Source of the DNA: Candidatus Omnitrophota bacterium
GTDB lineage: Bacteria; Omnitrophota; Gorgyraeia; Zapsychrales; Zapsychraceae
Direction: 5' to 3'
DNA: 64,000 nucleotides
Assembly (NCBI GenBank): GCA_023247445.1
Contig: JAHFGL010000007.1
Span: 17,910 to 81,909, forward strand
The first letter of the stretch is position 1. Each line of letters starts with the position of its first letter. The position numbers and the translations under genes were made by a program. The notes below the pieces were generated by a model. It did not search any database, was not told the DNA's origin, and saw only the letters and a list, made by a program, of their open reading frames with translations. This document shows positions 1 through 8,240 of the stretch, in pieces.

Positions 1-315
1 ACTGATGACACGGAACTCTTGATTAGGCAAAATGGCCGAGATTCCGTTAAGAGCTATAAATCCATCAGCTTCTTTTAACTTAAAATCCGCTGACCGAACA
101 ACAAGAAACGTTTTACCCGCAATGTCCTGTAATCGTAAAATCTTTAAGTTTTTTAAAACAGATCGTCCATTCTCACCTGTAGAAAAATAAATGTCATAAT
201 TTGCATTCGTATCGACACCAATAATATTGGATGCGGCATTTATATTCTTCCCCATCACAAAAAAAGCTAACCCTCCTAAGAATAAAACAAAAAATATTTT
301 CTTTATCTTATTCAT
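1..315 (-). CDS. Hypothetical secreted protein (3' end runs off window start)
   Basis: Reverse-strand ATG at 315 is preceded by the RBS AGGGAGGGA. Translation reads MNKIKKIFFVLFLGGLAFFVMGKNINAASNIIGVD..., i.e. a basic N-terminus, a hydrophobic helix and an AxA-like cleavage site. The frame stays open to coordinate 1. Confidence 0.55.
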   Translation of the reverse strand, partial: MNKIKKIFFVLFLGGLAFFVMGKNINAASNIIGVDTNANYDIYFSTGENGRSVLKNLKILRLQDIAGKTFLVVRSADFKLKEADGFIALNGISAILPNQEFRVIS

Positions 316-392
316 AAATCCCTCCCTGTATTAACAGATAAGCCCACCGATGTTAGTGGTGGGCTTATGATAAACGGTAAACAAATAAAATA

Positions 393-1049
393 CTATTTCT
401 TTTTCTCAGCAGTCTTTTCACCCGGCTTCGCCGTGGGGGTTGATTCCTTTCCCGGTGGTGTTGCCGCGACAGGTGCTGGAGGCTTACTTGAGGTTGATAT
501 TTTCTCAGGTGATGTTGTGCTCGCCGTATCTAGCTTTTGTCCTGACCAACTTCGCACAGAAAACACATTTTCAAAAACCAGTTTGATATCTCCATAATAA
601 AAGGTCGCAAGGCTGCCGTCTTCGAAAGAATCTAATGATTCAGTTGGCTCTCCATAATCTTTTCGAATTTTATCAAAAGTAATGTTATCCCCGACAAGTT
701 CTTTACGTTCTAAATCATAACGAAGATTATCAATGGCCTTAGTATAAACGGCTTGCTTAAAACTATCGTAACTCCATTCTTTTAAATACTTTTTCTTTTC
801 TAAATCAATTTTTACTCCACCATAATCGTAAGAAATTTTCTTGTCAGTATCTGTAATGCTAGCGGCCTCGCCATAATTCGACTGAAAATCTTTTAGTCGT
901 GTCGCTCCCACTTTAATTTTTCCATCACGTAAATCTGCCTTAAGTTCTTCGACTTGATCGGCCGTGGCCGTGATGCCTTTAAGCGCCCAAGCCGAGGCTG
1001 TTACAGATAACAACAAACCAACTAAAACAAATAATTTAATCCCTTTCAT
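393..1049 (-). CDS. Hypothetical secreted protein with Pro/Thr/Lys-rich C-terminal tail
   Basis: Six-frame ORF 393..1106. The signal peptide MKGIKLFVLVGLLLSVTASAWA starts at the internal Met at 1049. The upstream extension has no RBS. No recognisable family. Confidence 0.55.
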   Translation of the reverse strand: MKGIKLFVLVGLLLSVTASAWALKGITATADQVEELKADLRDGKIKVGATRLKDFQSNYGEAASITDTDKKISYDYGGVKIDLEKKKYLKEWSYDSFKQAVYTKAIDNLRYDLERKELVGDNITFDKIRKDYGEPTESLDSFEDGSLATFYYGDIKLVFENVFSVRSWSGQKLDTASTTSPEKISTSSKPPAPVAATPPGKESTPTAKPGEKTAEKKK

Positions 1050-1169
1050 CTTGGCCAACCTTTCAGGATAGATATGATCTTCTGGAATTTTTATCTTGGT
1101 GCCCATTATAACATATTTAAAAAAGACCGAATCTAAAAATTAAGATTTTTTCAACACTCTCAAACAATA

Positions 1170-2906
1170 CTAAAGGGCTAATTCATTTTTAATAACATCC
1201 ATTAAAGGAGCGATTGTGCTTTCTGAAAAATCAAAACGAATCCCCGCGGCACGAAAGAGTTCTGGCAAAGGACGTGAACCTCCGAGTGACAATCCTTGAC
1301 GATAATCCTTGATCGCTTTGGTCCAATCTTTCTTGGCGTTAAACCATACTTGAAGAGCGCCTAATTGTGCAATGCCATATTCAATATAATAAAATGGGAC
1401 CTCAAAAACATGCAACTGCCGATGCCAAAGAAAACTGTGCTCCTCATCCAACGAACTCCAATCAACCAAAGAATCACCAAATCGTTTTCGAATGGCTAAC
1501 CACATTTTCTTTCGATCAGAAGAACTATGTTTTGGATTTTCATAAATCCAATGTTGAAAGGCATCGATTGTGGCGACCCAAATAAGTAACGAAATAATAT
1601 CTTCCAAATGTGAAATGCGCGAGCGTTCTTCATCTTCAGGTTTATAAAAGCTCGGGAGATATTCTCCCCCTAAAAGCTCCATGCTCATGGACGCGACCTC
1701 ATTAAATTCCATTGGCCCATGGCGATAGCTATAAAGAGGATGATGACAACACGCCAGCGAATGAAACGCATGTCCGCCCTCGTGCAAAAGTGTGCGCACA
1801 TCATCATCAACACCAACAGCGTTCATAAAAATAAAAGGTTTACGAACTTCCTGTAAGGCCGATTGATAGCCGCCGGGAGCCTTGCCCTTTCGGCTAGCTA
1901 AATCAAGAAGCCCCAGATCCGCCATATTTTTAAACTGTTCACCAAAAAGCGGCTCAACTTTCTTAAAAATTTCCTGGCAATTTCCAATAAGCTCGGTAAC
2001 GTGTGTAAAGGGTTTAAGCGGTGCGCGTCCTAGCGGATCAACAGCCAAATCCCACGGGCGAAGACTGTCCAACTTCATTTCCTTTTTGCGTCGCTCTAGA
2101 ATCTTTGACCATAACGGAACAAGCAAACGTTCAACCGTTTGATGATATTTCTTGCAATCTTCTGGCGTGTAATCAAACCGATGGAGTGATCGAAATTTAT
2201 AATCACAAAAATTCTGACATTTAGCATTTTGCGCTATTTTGTCGCGCAAGTTAAGCATCTGATCAAAGATCTGGTCAACCTTGTCCTTATCTTGCAATCT
2301 TCGTTTTGCAGTGGCCCGCCAGGCGGATTCACGCAGCGCACGATCCGGCTCGAGTAAATATTTTCCCATTTGCGGCAGTGTTTGCTCTTTCCCCTGAAAG
2401 TTAACTGTCATCGCCCCGCAAATCTTTTGATATTCCTGAGACAATAAATCAACCTTGGTTTGCAAGGCAATATTTTCTTGCACAAACAATGAAACATCCA
2501 TGGCAAGACCACGGTTGTAAACCTCGTAATGCTTTGGATCCAACTTAAACGTTTTCATTTCCTTAAAATATTTTTGATTGAGCTGATCCTCAAGCGGCTT
2601 AATTGCAGGGACAATATGTTCAATGAAATGTTGATAGACGCTTGCATACGAAGCATCATCGGTTTGACACGTCATGCGAATGTAACGAATCGACCCCTCT
2701 TGATCCATGACGCTTTCCAGTTCGGAGCGATCAATGAGCCACTCTTCCAAATCCTTAGCCGATTGAATACTACGGCTTAATAATTTCTCACAAATCGCCT
2801 GAACATCTGCTACTTCCCCCGCTTTAAAATTTTCAGGAACGAATTTGCGCTTCTGGTATTTAGGCAACTGATCAAAATCTAAAGATATTGGTGTAGTTGT
2901 AGACAT
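1170..2906 (-). CDS. pepF: Oligoendopeptidase F (M3B family zinc metallopeptidase)
   Basis: 578 aa with the HEGGHAFH (HExxH) zinc motif. Length and layout are typical of PepF. Confidence 0.88.
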   Translation of the reverse strand: MSTTTPISLDFDQLPKYQKRKFVPENFKAGEVADVQAICEKLLSRSIQSAKDLEEWLIDRSELESVMDQEGSIRYIRMTCQTDDASYASVYQHFIEHIVPAIKPLEDQLNQKYFKEMKTFKLDPKHYEVYNRGLAMDVSLFVQENIALQTKVDLLSQEYQKICGAMTVNFQGKEQTLPQMGKYLLEPDRALRESAWRATAKRRLQDKDKVDQIFDQMLNLRDKIAQNAKCQNFCDYKFRSLHRFDYTPEDCKKYHQTVERLLVPLWSKILERRKKEMKLDSLRPWDLAVDPLGRAPLKPFTHVTELIGNCQEIFKKVEPLFGEQFKNMADLGLLDLASRKGKAPGGYQSALQEVRKPFIFMNAVGVDDDVRTLLHEGGHAFHSLACCHHPLYSYRHGPMEFNEVASMSMELLGGEYLPSFYKPEDEERSRISHLEDIISLLIWVATIDAFQHWIYENPKHSSSDRKKMWLAIRKRFGDSLVDWSSLDEEHSFLWHRQLHVFEVPFYYIEYGIAQLGALQVWFNAKKDWTKAIKDYRQGLSLGGSRPLPELFRAAGIRFDFSESTIAPLMDVIKNELAL

Positions 2907-2932
2907 TTTAATGTTCTCCGTAAAATATTATC

Positions 2933-2960
2933 TTGACAAAGATTAGTTTTAACGTATACT
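2933..2960 (+). promoter_or_regulatory. Sigma70-like promoter for rpmB (TTGACA-N16-TATACT)
   Basis: TTGACA at 2933-2938 and TATACT at 2955-2960 with a 16-nt spacer, about 55 nt upstream of the rpmB ATG. The RBS GAGG lies 8 nt before the start. Confidence 0.5.
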
Positions 2961-3014
2961 TTGGTCTTTAAGTTATCCGAACATTATTAGTTTGAATTAA
3001 TTGAGGTAAACGTC

Positions 3015-3239
3015 ATGAAATCATGTGTCATCTGCGACAAAGGGGCTATCCCCGGCAACAAATATAAACGACGCGGTCAAATCAAAAGAACTGGTGGTGC
3101 GGGTTCTAAGATCGTTGGTAAAACCTTACGCCGCTTCCTCCCTAATCTTCAACGCGTTAAGATTGTGATCAATGGTACTGTACGCCGTCACAACGTCTGC
3201 ACATCTTGCATTCAAAACGGAAAAATCACCAAAGCTTAG
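3015..3239 (+). CDS. rpmB: 50S ribosomal protein L28 (Cys4 zinc-ribbon type)
   Basis: 74 aa. CVIC...CTSC zinc ribbon and RRFLPNLQRVKIVINGTVRRHNVCTSC match the L28 signature. This is the only plus-strand gene in the window. Confidence 0.9.
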   Translation: MKSCVICDKGAIPGNKYKRRGQIKRTGGAGSKIVGKTLRRFLPNLQRVKIVINGTVRRHNVCTSCIQNGKITKA

Positions 3240-4921
3240 TCGCTCAATCTAATATCTTTAAGTTTTAACTGCGCTGTTGGGGCTTTATTCCAATCATCGA
3301 TCGTGACTTGATAGGCTAAATCTACTTTGCCCCCCGGTCTGATCATCTCTTTAAACTTCGCCATTCCAAAACCAACAGCTGAGATTGAAAACTTTCCATC
3401 GGTAACCCAAAACTTAATCGTCTCTTTACCTAAAATCACTGGCGCACTTTTGACAATAACCCGCGTTGAACAAAAGACAGGTTCAGGGTTTCCTCCTCCA
3501 AAAGGTTGCAACTCTTCCATCGTGTTCGCCAAATCCAAATTAACACTCGAAAGCGGAATTTCGCAATCAATAGAAATCATCGGAATCAATTTCTTTAACT
3601 CAAGCGTCTTCTCAGCCATCTCATTAATCAAAAGACGAAACGGATCAATATTTTCTTCTTTAATCCGCAAACCAGCCGCTCCTTGATGTCCTCCAAAAGT
3701 TTCTAAATGTTGAGAACAGTAAGACAACGCATCATGCAAATGAAATCCATCAATCGACCGCGCTGAAGCGGTGCCAACACCATCAGTAAGAGAAATCACA
3801 ACACTTGGCCGATAATATTTCTCTGTTATCCGTGAAGCAACAATTCCAAGAACGCCTTTATGCCATCCTTCTTTGCTAAGAACAATAATTTTATTATCTT
3901 TAAAGTTAACTTCCTGCTCGACAATATCCAATGCTTCTTGAACCGTTGTTTGCTGCATCTTTTGTCGCTGCACATTATATTTTTCTAGGACACCCGCCAA
4001 GCTATAGGCCTCATCCCAATTTTGACTCAAAAACAAATCGAGCGACTTATGCGCGGAATCCATGCGACCGGTTGCGTTAATCCGTGGACCTAAAATAAAT
4101 CCAACGTAATAGGGTGTAATTTTTTTTCCTTTAATCTTCGCGATCTCAAGCAGTGCCGATAATCCTTTATTTTTTGTTGTGCTAATTTTAGGAAGTCCCG
4201 CCCGCACAAAAATACGATTTTCACCGCGCAGTGGCGCCACATCGGCGATCGTGCCAATCGAAACAAAGTCCAGCGCCTCTTCATCAACACGCCCTTTAAT
4301 AGCTTGAGTTAATTTTGCCACAAGTCCCACGGATGCTAATTCTTTAAATGGATACGGACAATCCGCTTGTTTGGGATTCATGATCGCGTACGCATCAGGA
4401 AGTTTTCCATCGGGCGGCTCATGATGATCGATAATGATGACCTCAATCCCCATCGAATTTATTGTTTGAACTTCTTCGATGGCTGTAATGCCGCAGTCAA
4501 CAGTGATGAGCAAACTAATTCCCTTTTCTTTCGCAAACTCACCGATCTCATGATTAAGTCCATAACCATCTTGCATACGATGAGGAATATGATTAGTCAC
4601 TTCAATCCCCATTTCAGTTAGCAAATAATACAATAAAACCGATGAGGTCACGCCATCCACATCATAATCACCAAAGACCAAAACTTTTTCTTTGTTTAGT
4701 TGTGCTTTTTTGATACGCGCAACAACTTTGTCCATATTCTTAAATTGAAAGGGATCGTGAATTTGGGTAAGATCGGCAGATAAAAAATGATGGGCGGCTT
4801 GCGGGGTGTTAATCTCGCGATTGATAAGTAATCGAGCCAAAATAGGATCGATATTTAACGCATCACTTAATGCTTTCTGTAGTTCTGAATCTTGCTGTTT
4901 AACACGCCAAATTTTTTGCAT
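3236..4921 (-). CDS. recJ: Single-stranded-DNA-specific exonuclease RecJ
   Basis: 561 aa. DHH-family motifs FGDYDVDGVTS, VDCG and IIIDHHEP, plus a C-terminal OB-fold region. The stop overlaps the rpmB stop, so the two genes converge. Confidence 0.9.
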   Translation of the reverse strand: MQKIWRVKQQDSELQKALSDALNIDPILARLLINREINTPQAAHHFLSADLTQIHDPFQFKNMDKVVARIKKAQLNKEKVLVFGDYDVDGVTSSVLLYYLLTEMGIEVTNHIPHRMQDGYGLNHEIGEFAKEKGISLLITVDCGITAIEEVQTINSMGIEVIIIDHHEPPDGKLPDAYAIMNPKQADCPYPFKELASVGLVAKLTQAIKGRVDEEALDFVSIGTIADVAPLRGENRIFVRAGLPKISTTKNKGLSALLEIAKIKGKKITPYYVGFILGPRINATGRMDSAHKSLDLFLSQNWDEAYSLAGVLEKYNVQRQKMQQTTVQEALDIVEQEVNFKDNKIIVLSKEGWHKGVLGIVASRITEKYYRPSVVISLTDGVGTASARSIDGFHLHDALSYCSQHLETFGGHQGAAGLRIKEENIDPFRLLINEMAEKTLELKKLIPMISIDCEIPLSSVNLDLANTMEELQPFGGGNPEPVFCSTRVIVKSAPVILGKETIKFWVTDGKFSISAVGFGMAKFKEMIRPGGKVDLAYQVTIDDWNKAPTAQLKLKDIRLSD

Positions 4922-4950
4922 GAACTATATCCTCCGTGATCTAACTAGTT

Positions 4951-5814
4951 TTACTCAACCATACCGGCTCGGTTGTGAGGATAATAAACCTTATAAATTT
5001 TACCAACAATATATTCCTTGGGAATCGAACCAAATATTCGGCTATCATAACTTTCTTCACTATTATCACCTAAAAGGAAATAAGCTGAATTAGCCACCTT
5101 TACCTTTTTATCCGCTTGTCCATACGTTCCTTTATTCGTGTACTGTAGACTCTTAAAAATTGTAGGGGTACTGATCACTCTCTCATTGACGATGAGTTTT
5201 CCCTCCCTTATTTTCACAATTTCCTGAGGCAACCCAACAATTCGTTTGATGTAATGTTTTTTCAAATTTTTCGGATCAATAAAAACAACAACATCCCCAC
5301 GCTGGGGTTCTGATCGATGATAAATCATCTTATCAATAAAAACATGGTCTCCCTCAACTAGCGTTGGATCCATATGCACCGCAGGAACAACAAGAGGTTC
5401 GACCATATAATTGTAAATACATTTAGAAACCAAAATCTGTACATTTATAATCGCCAGAAAAGATATTATGGCTACGGAAAGGATAATTCGGCGGACCCAT
5501 GAGACACTTGGTTTTACTTGATGTTTTAGATTAAATTTCTTAGCACACAGGTAGGCATCCAAAAGAACAAAAATTGTATAACCAATATAAATTATTCCAA
5601 CCCACGAATAAAATTCCATTTTTACAGACGGATGAAGGATAAAAGTAACAACTCCAATAGTATAAAGAATATAAACTAATAATAAAACGATAGCCCTTTT
5701 CCAACGGCCAACATACACCTGTCCTAAACCGATAAAGGCGCTGGAAAACATAACGGCCAAGAGCGGTTCTTTAGATTTGATCTCTTTCTTTTTTATTTCT
5801 TTCTTTTCTTCCAT
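4951..5814 (-). CDS. Signal peptidase I (S26) homolog with N-terminal TM2-like membrane domain; nucleophile Ser replaced by His
   Basis: Box D YIKRIVGLPQE (Lys present) and box E FLLGDNSEESYDSRIFGSIP are conserved. Box B reads PAVHMDPTL where SGSMxPTL is expected (codon CAT checked on the DNA). The N-terminal 100 aa, LLAVMFSSAFIGLGQVYVGRWKRAIVLL, resemble a TM2 domain. Confidence 0.75.
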   Translation of the reverse strand: MEEKKEIKKKEIKSKEPLLAVMFSSAFIGLGQVYVGRWKRAIVLLLVYILYTIGVVTFILHPSVKMEFYSWVGIIYIGYTIFVLLDAYLCAKKFNLKHQVKPSVSWVRRIILSVAIISFLAIINVQILVSKCIYNYMVEPLVVPAVHMDPTLVEGDHVFIDKMIYHRSEPQRGDVVVFIDPKNLKKHYIKRIVGLPQEIVKIREGKLIVNERVISTPTIFKSLQYTNKGTYGQADKKVKVANSAYFLLGDNSEESYDSRIFGSIPKEYIVGKIYKVYYPHNRAGMVE

Positions 5815-5822
5815 AATATCCT

Positions 5823-7496
5823 TTACATCGACTCAGGGGCCGTTAAACCAAGAAGCATAAGTCCATTGGCTAAAACAATGCGACAGGAATTAACGAGCGC
5901 CAATCGCTCTCCTGACAACTCTTTATTCTCCTCAACCACCCTATGTTGATCATAAAACTTGTGAAAAGCTGTCGCTAACTCATGGAGATAATTAACGAGT
6001 GGATACGGATCTAGCTGATCATAACAAAAGAGTAAAACATCCGCAAACCATCCCATTTTTTTAATCAAATCAAGTTCAGCCTCTTCTTTTAATAACGAAA
6101 GCTTATTTCTTTGAACTTGGATGCCTGCCTCTTGGGCCTTTTTGTTGATACTGTAAACACGGGCATGGGCATATTGAATATAAAATACAGGATTTTCCGG
6201 CGTTGCTTTCTTGGCCAACTCTAAATCAAATTCCAGATGCGCGCTGATATGGCGCATAAGAAAGAAATAGCGTGCGGCATCAACGCCAACCTCCGTCATA
6301 ACCTCACGTAAACTCACATACTGACCGCGGCGTGTTGACATCGAAACCGGTTTTCCATCACGAAAGAGCGTTGCCAGTTGAACAATCAAAACATTTAAAT
6401 TATCTTTCTTATATCCCAATGCTTCAACAACAGCTGTAATACGCGGGATATAACCATGATGATCTGGTCCCCAAATATTAATGAGCCGCTCATACCCTCG
6501 ATCGAATTTATCTTTATGATAAACGATATCCGGCGTTAAATAGGTATAACTTCCATCGCTTTTTTTCACAACACGATCTTTATCATCACCAAAATCTGTT
6601 GACTTAAACCACCACGCGCCCTCTTTCTCATAAATAAAACCTTTGCCCTTTAAAACATCAAGGACAGCCACAATTTTCTCAGCGGTCGCAATCTTCGATT
6701 GATGACTCCAGGTATCAAAATGAACACCGAAATCATCTAATTCCTTTTTGATAACATTTAATAAATAATCCGCCGCCCATTGGCTAAAGGTTTCTGGCTT
6801 GGTGGCGTTAAGTCCATCAAGATTATTAATCTTATGCTGCGCCATAAATTCTTTGGCCATATCTTTAATGTAATCACCTTGATAATTATCTTCAAGGAAG
6901 TCTACCTTTTCACCTAAAAGCTCTTGGGCTCGCTGCGCGACCGATCGTCCCAAAATATTAATCTGATTCCCTTCATCATTAACGTAAAATTCGCGATCCG
7001 CTTTAAATCCAATAAAATTAAAAATATTAGCCAAGGCATCACCGACCGCGGCTTGCCGTGCATGGGCAATGCTAAGCGGACCCGTAGGATTCGCACTTAC
7101 AAATTCAATTTGAATCTTCTTATTCTGACCAAAGTTTAGGCGGCCATAATTAGCTTCATCTTTAAAAATCTGATAAACGACATCATAAAGCGCGGTGGGG
7201 GTAAGAAAAAAATTAATAAATCCTGGATTCTTGACTTCAATCTTAGCGATCTTATCTTTGAGTGGACTTTTCTCAATGGCCATCGTAAAAATTGCTAAAA
7301 ACTCGTTAGCAACTACGGTCGGGGCCTTTTTAAAAATTTTGGCTGACTTAAGCGCAATATTAGATGAATATTCTCCAAAAACTTTTTCTGTGGGGATATC
7401 TAACTCGATGGGGAGGGAATTTAATTGATCAGGATAAGCGACGCTTAAAGCGTTTTGAAGAAGAGTTTGTAACTGCGTCTTTAAATGGACTAACAT
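5823..7496 (-). CDS. argS: Arginine--tRNA ligase
   Basis: 557 aa. Class I motif region ANPTGPLSIAHARQA. The C-terminal DALR anticodon-binding region resembles ArgRS. Confidence 0.93.
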   Translation of the reverse strand: MLVHLKTQLQTLLQNALSVAYPDQLNSLPIELDIPTEKVFGEYSSNIALKSAKIFKKAPTVVANEFLAIFTMAIEKSPLKDKIAKIEVKNPGFINFFLTPTALYDVVYQIFKDEANYGRLNFGQNKKIQIEFVSANPTGPLSIAHARQAAVGDALANIFNFIGFKADREFYVNDEGNQINILGRSVAQRAQELLGEKVDFLEDNYQGDYIKDMAKEFMAQHKINNLDGLNATKPETFSQWAADYLLNVIKKELDDFGVHFDTWSHQSKIATAEKIVAVLDVLKGKGFIYEKEGAWWFKSTDFGDDKDRVVKKSDGSYTYLTPDIVYHKDKFDRGYERLINIWGPDHHGYIPRITAVVEALGYKKDNLNVLIVQLATLFRDGKPVSMSTRRGQYVSLREVMTEVGVDAARYFFLMRHISAHLEFDLELAKKATPENPVFYIQYAHARVYSINKKAQEAGIQVQRNKLSLLKEEAELDLIKKMGWFADVLLFCYDQLDPYPLVNYLHELATAFHKFYDQHRVVEENKELSGERLALVNSCRIVLANGLMLLGLTAPESM

Positions 7497-7529
7497 TAAA
7501 TGCTAAATTCAATACGTTCCTCGTACTTC

Positions 7530-7802
7530 TTATTTAATTTTTTCCCAATTGATCGCTTTTGCTTCTTGCCATAAATATTCAAGCCTATAAAACTCTCTAA
7601 CATCTTTCTGGAAAACATGAATAATAACGTCTCCAACATCTAAAACAATCCACGAAGAGTCACTACCACGTTGCTTTATGGGAATTTTAATCCCTAACTT
7701 AGCGAATCCATCTTGAATACCATCCACAATGGCACTAACCTGTCGATCAGAACTTCCAGAGCAGAGAACAAAGTAATCACAGAAATTAACAAGACGTTTC
7801 AT
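7530..7802 (-). CDS. rsfS: Ribosomal silencing factor RsfS (iojap); annotated from first ATG, true start probably upstream (see findings)
   Basis: CDYFVLCSGSSDRQVSAI...WIVLDVGDVIIHVF...EFYRLEYLW matches RsfS. The in-frame upstream peptide ...SAKFASDKKAEDIVVLE is also RsfS-like but contains no ATG, GTG or TTG. Confidence 0.85.
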   Translation of the reverse strand: MKRLVNFCDYFVLCSGSSDRQVSAIVDGIQDGFAKLGIKIPIKQRGSDSSWIVLDVGDVIIHVFQKDVREFYRLEYLWQEAKAINWEKIK

Positions 7803-7965
7803 TTCTAAGACAACAATGTCCTCTGCTTTCTTATCGGAAGCAAACTTAGCGCTATATTGGGCTGTTTTTTTTGACGTTAGAGAAGCTTTGCGAATAAGAG
7901 AATCCTTTCAACAACTCGCAATGAAAGTGTAGATATACGGCGTAATGATAAAATCGCGGAAGAAA

Positions 7966-8136
7966 TTATTTCTTCATTTTCGCGGCTTGATCTTTACTTA
8001 AAACTCTCCAGCATTCATGGGTACCTTTAGGAGATTTGGTAACAGCAAAGAAACGACCGCTTTTTTCTTTGACTGAATATTCCTTGCTCTTAAACTTAGA
8101 TTTTGTTTTCACATCGTAGAATGATAATTCCTCCAT
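7966..8136 (-). CDS. Small hypothetical basic protein (56 aa), not in ORF track
   Basis: ATG at 8136 with RBS AGAAGGAGGG 4 nt upstream. Translation is MEELSFYDVKTKSKFKSKEYSVKEKSGRFFAVTKSPKGTHECWRVLSKDQAAKMKK, ending at TAA. A consensus promoter lies upstream. Confidence 0.5.
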   Translation of the reverse strand: MEELSFYDVKTKSKFKSKEYSVKEKSGRFFAVTKSPKGTHECWRVLSKDQAAKMKK

Positions 8137-8175
8137 ACAACCCTCCTTCTAATGAATGTTAAAAAATAATATTTA

Positions 8176-8204
8176 GAGTCTAACCGATAATATATTTGTT
8201 GTCA
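8176..8204 (-). promoter_or_regulatory. Sigma70-like promoter (TTGACA-N17-TAGACT) for small ORF 7966..8136
   Basis: Minus strand reads TTGACA (8204..8199), a 17-nt spacer, then TAGACT (8181..8176). This sits about 35 nt upstream of the RBS. Confidence 0.45.
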
Positions 8205-8240
8205 ATTCAAAAAAACTAATATTACTGATTTGGAAACAAT

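Noticed and set aside
1107-1169. Possible hairpin or terminator downstream of pepF
   Set aside because: There is only partial, AT-only self-complementarity and no convincing stem.
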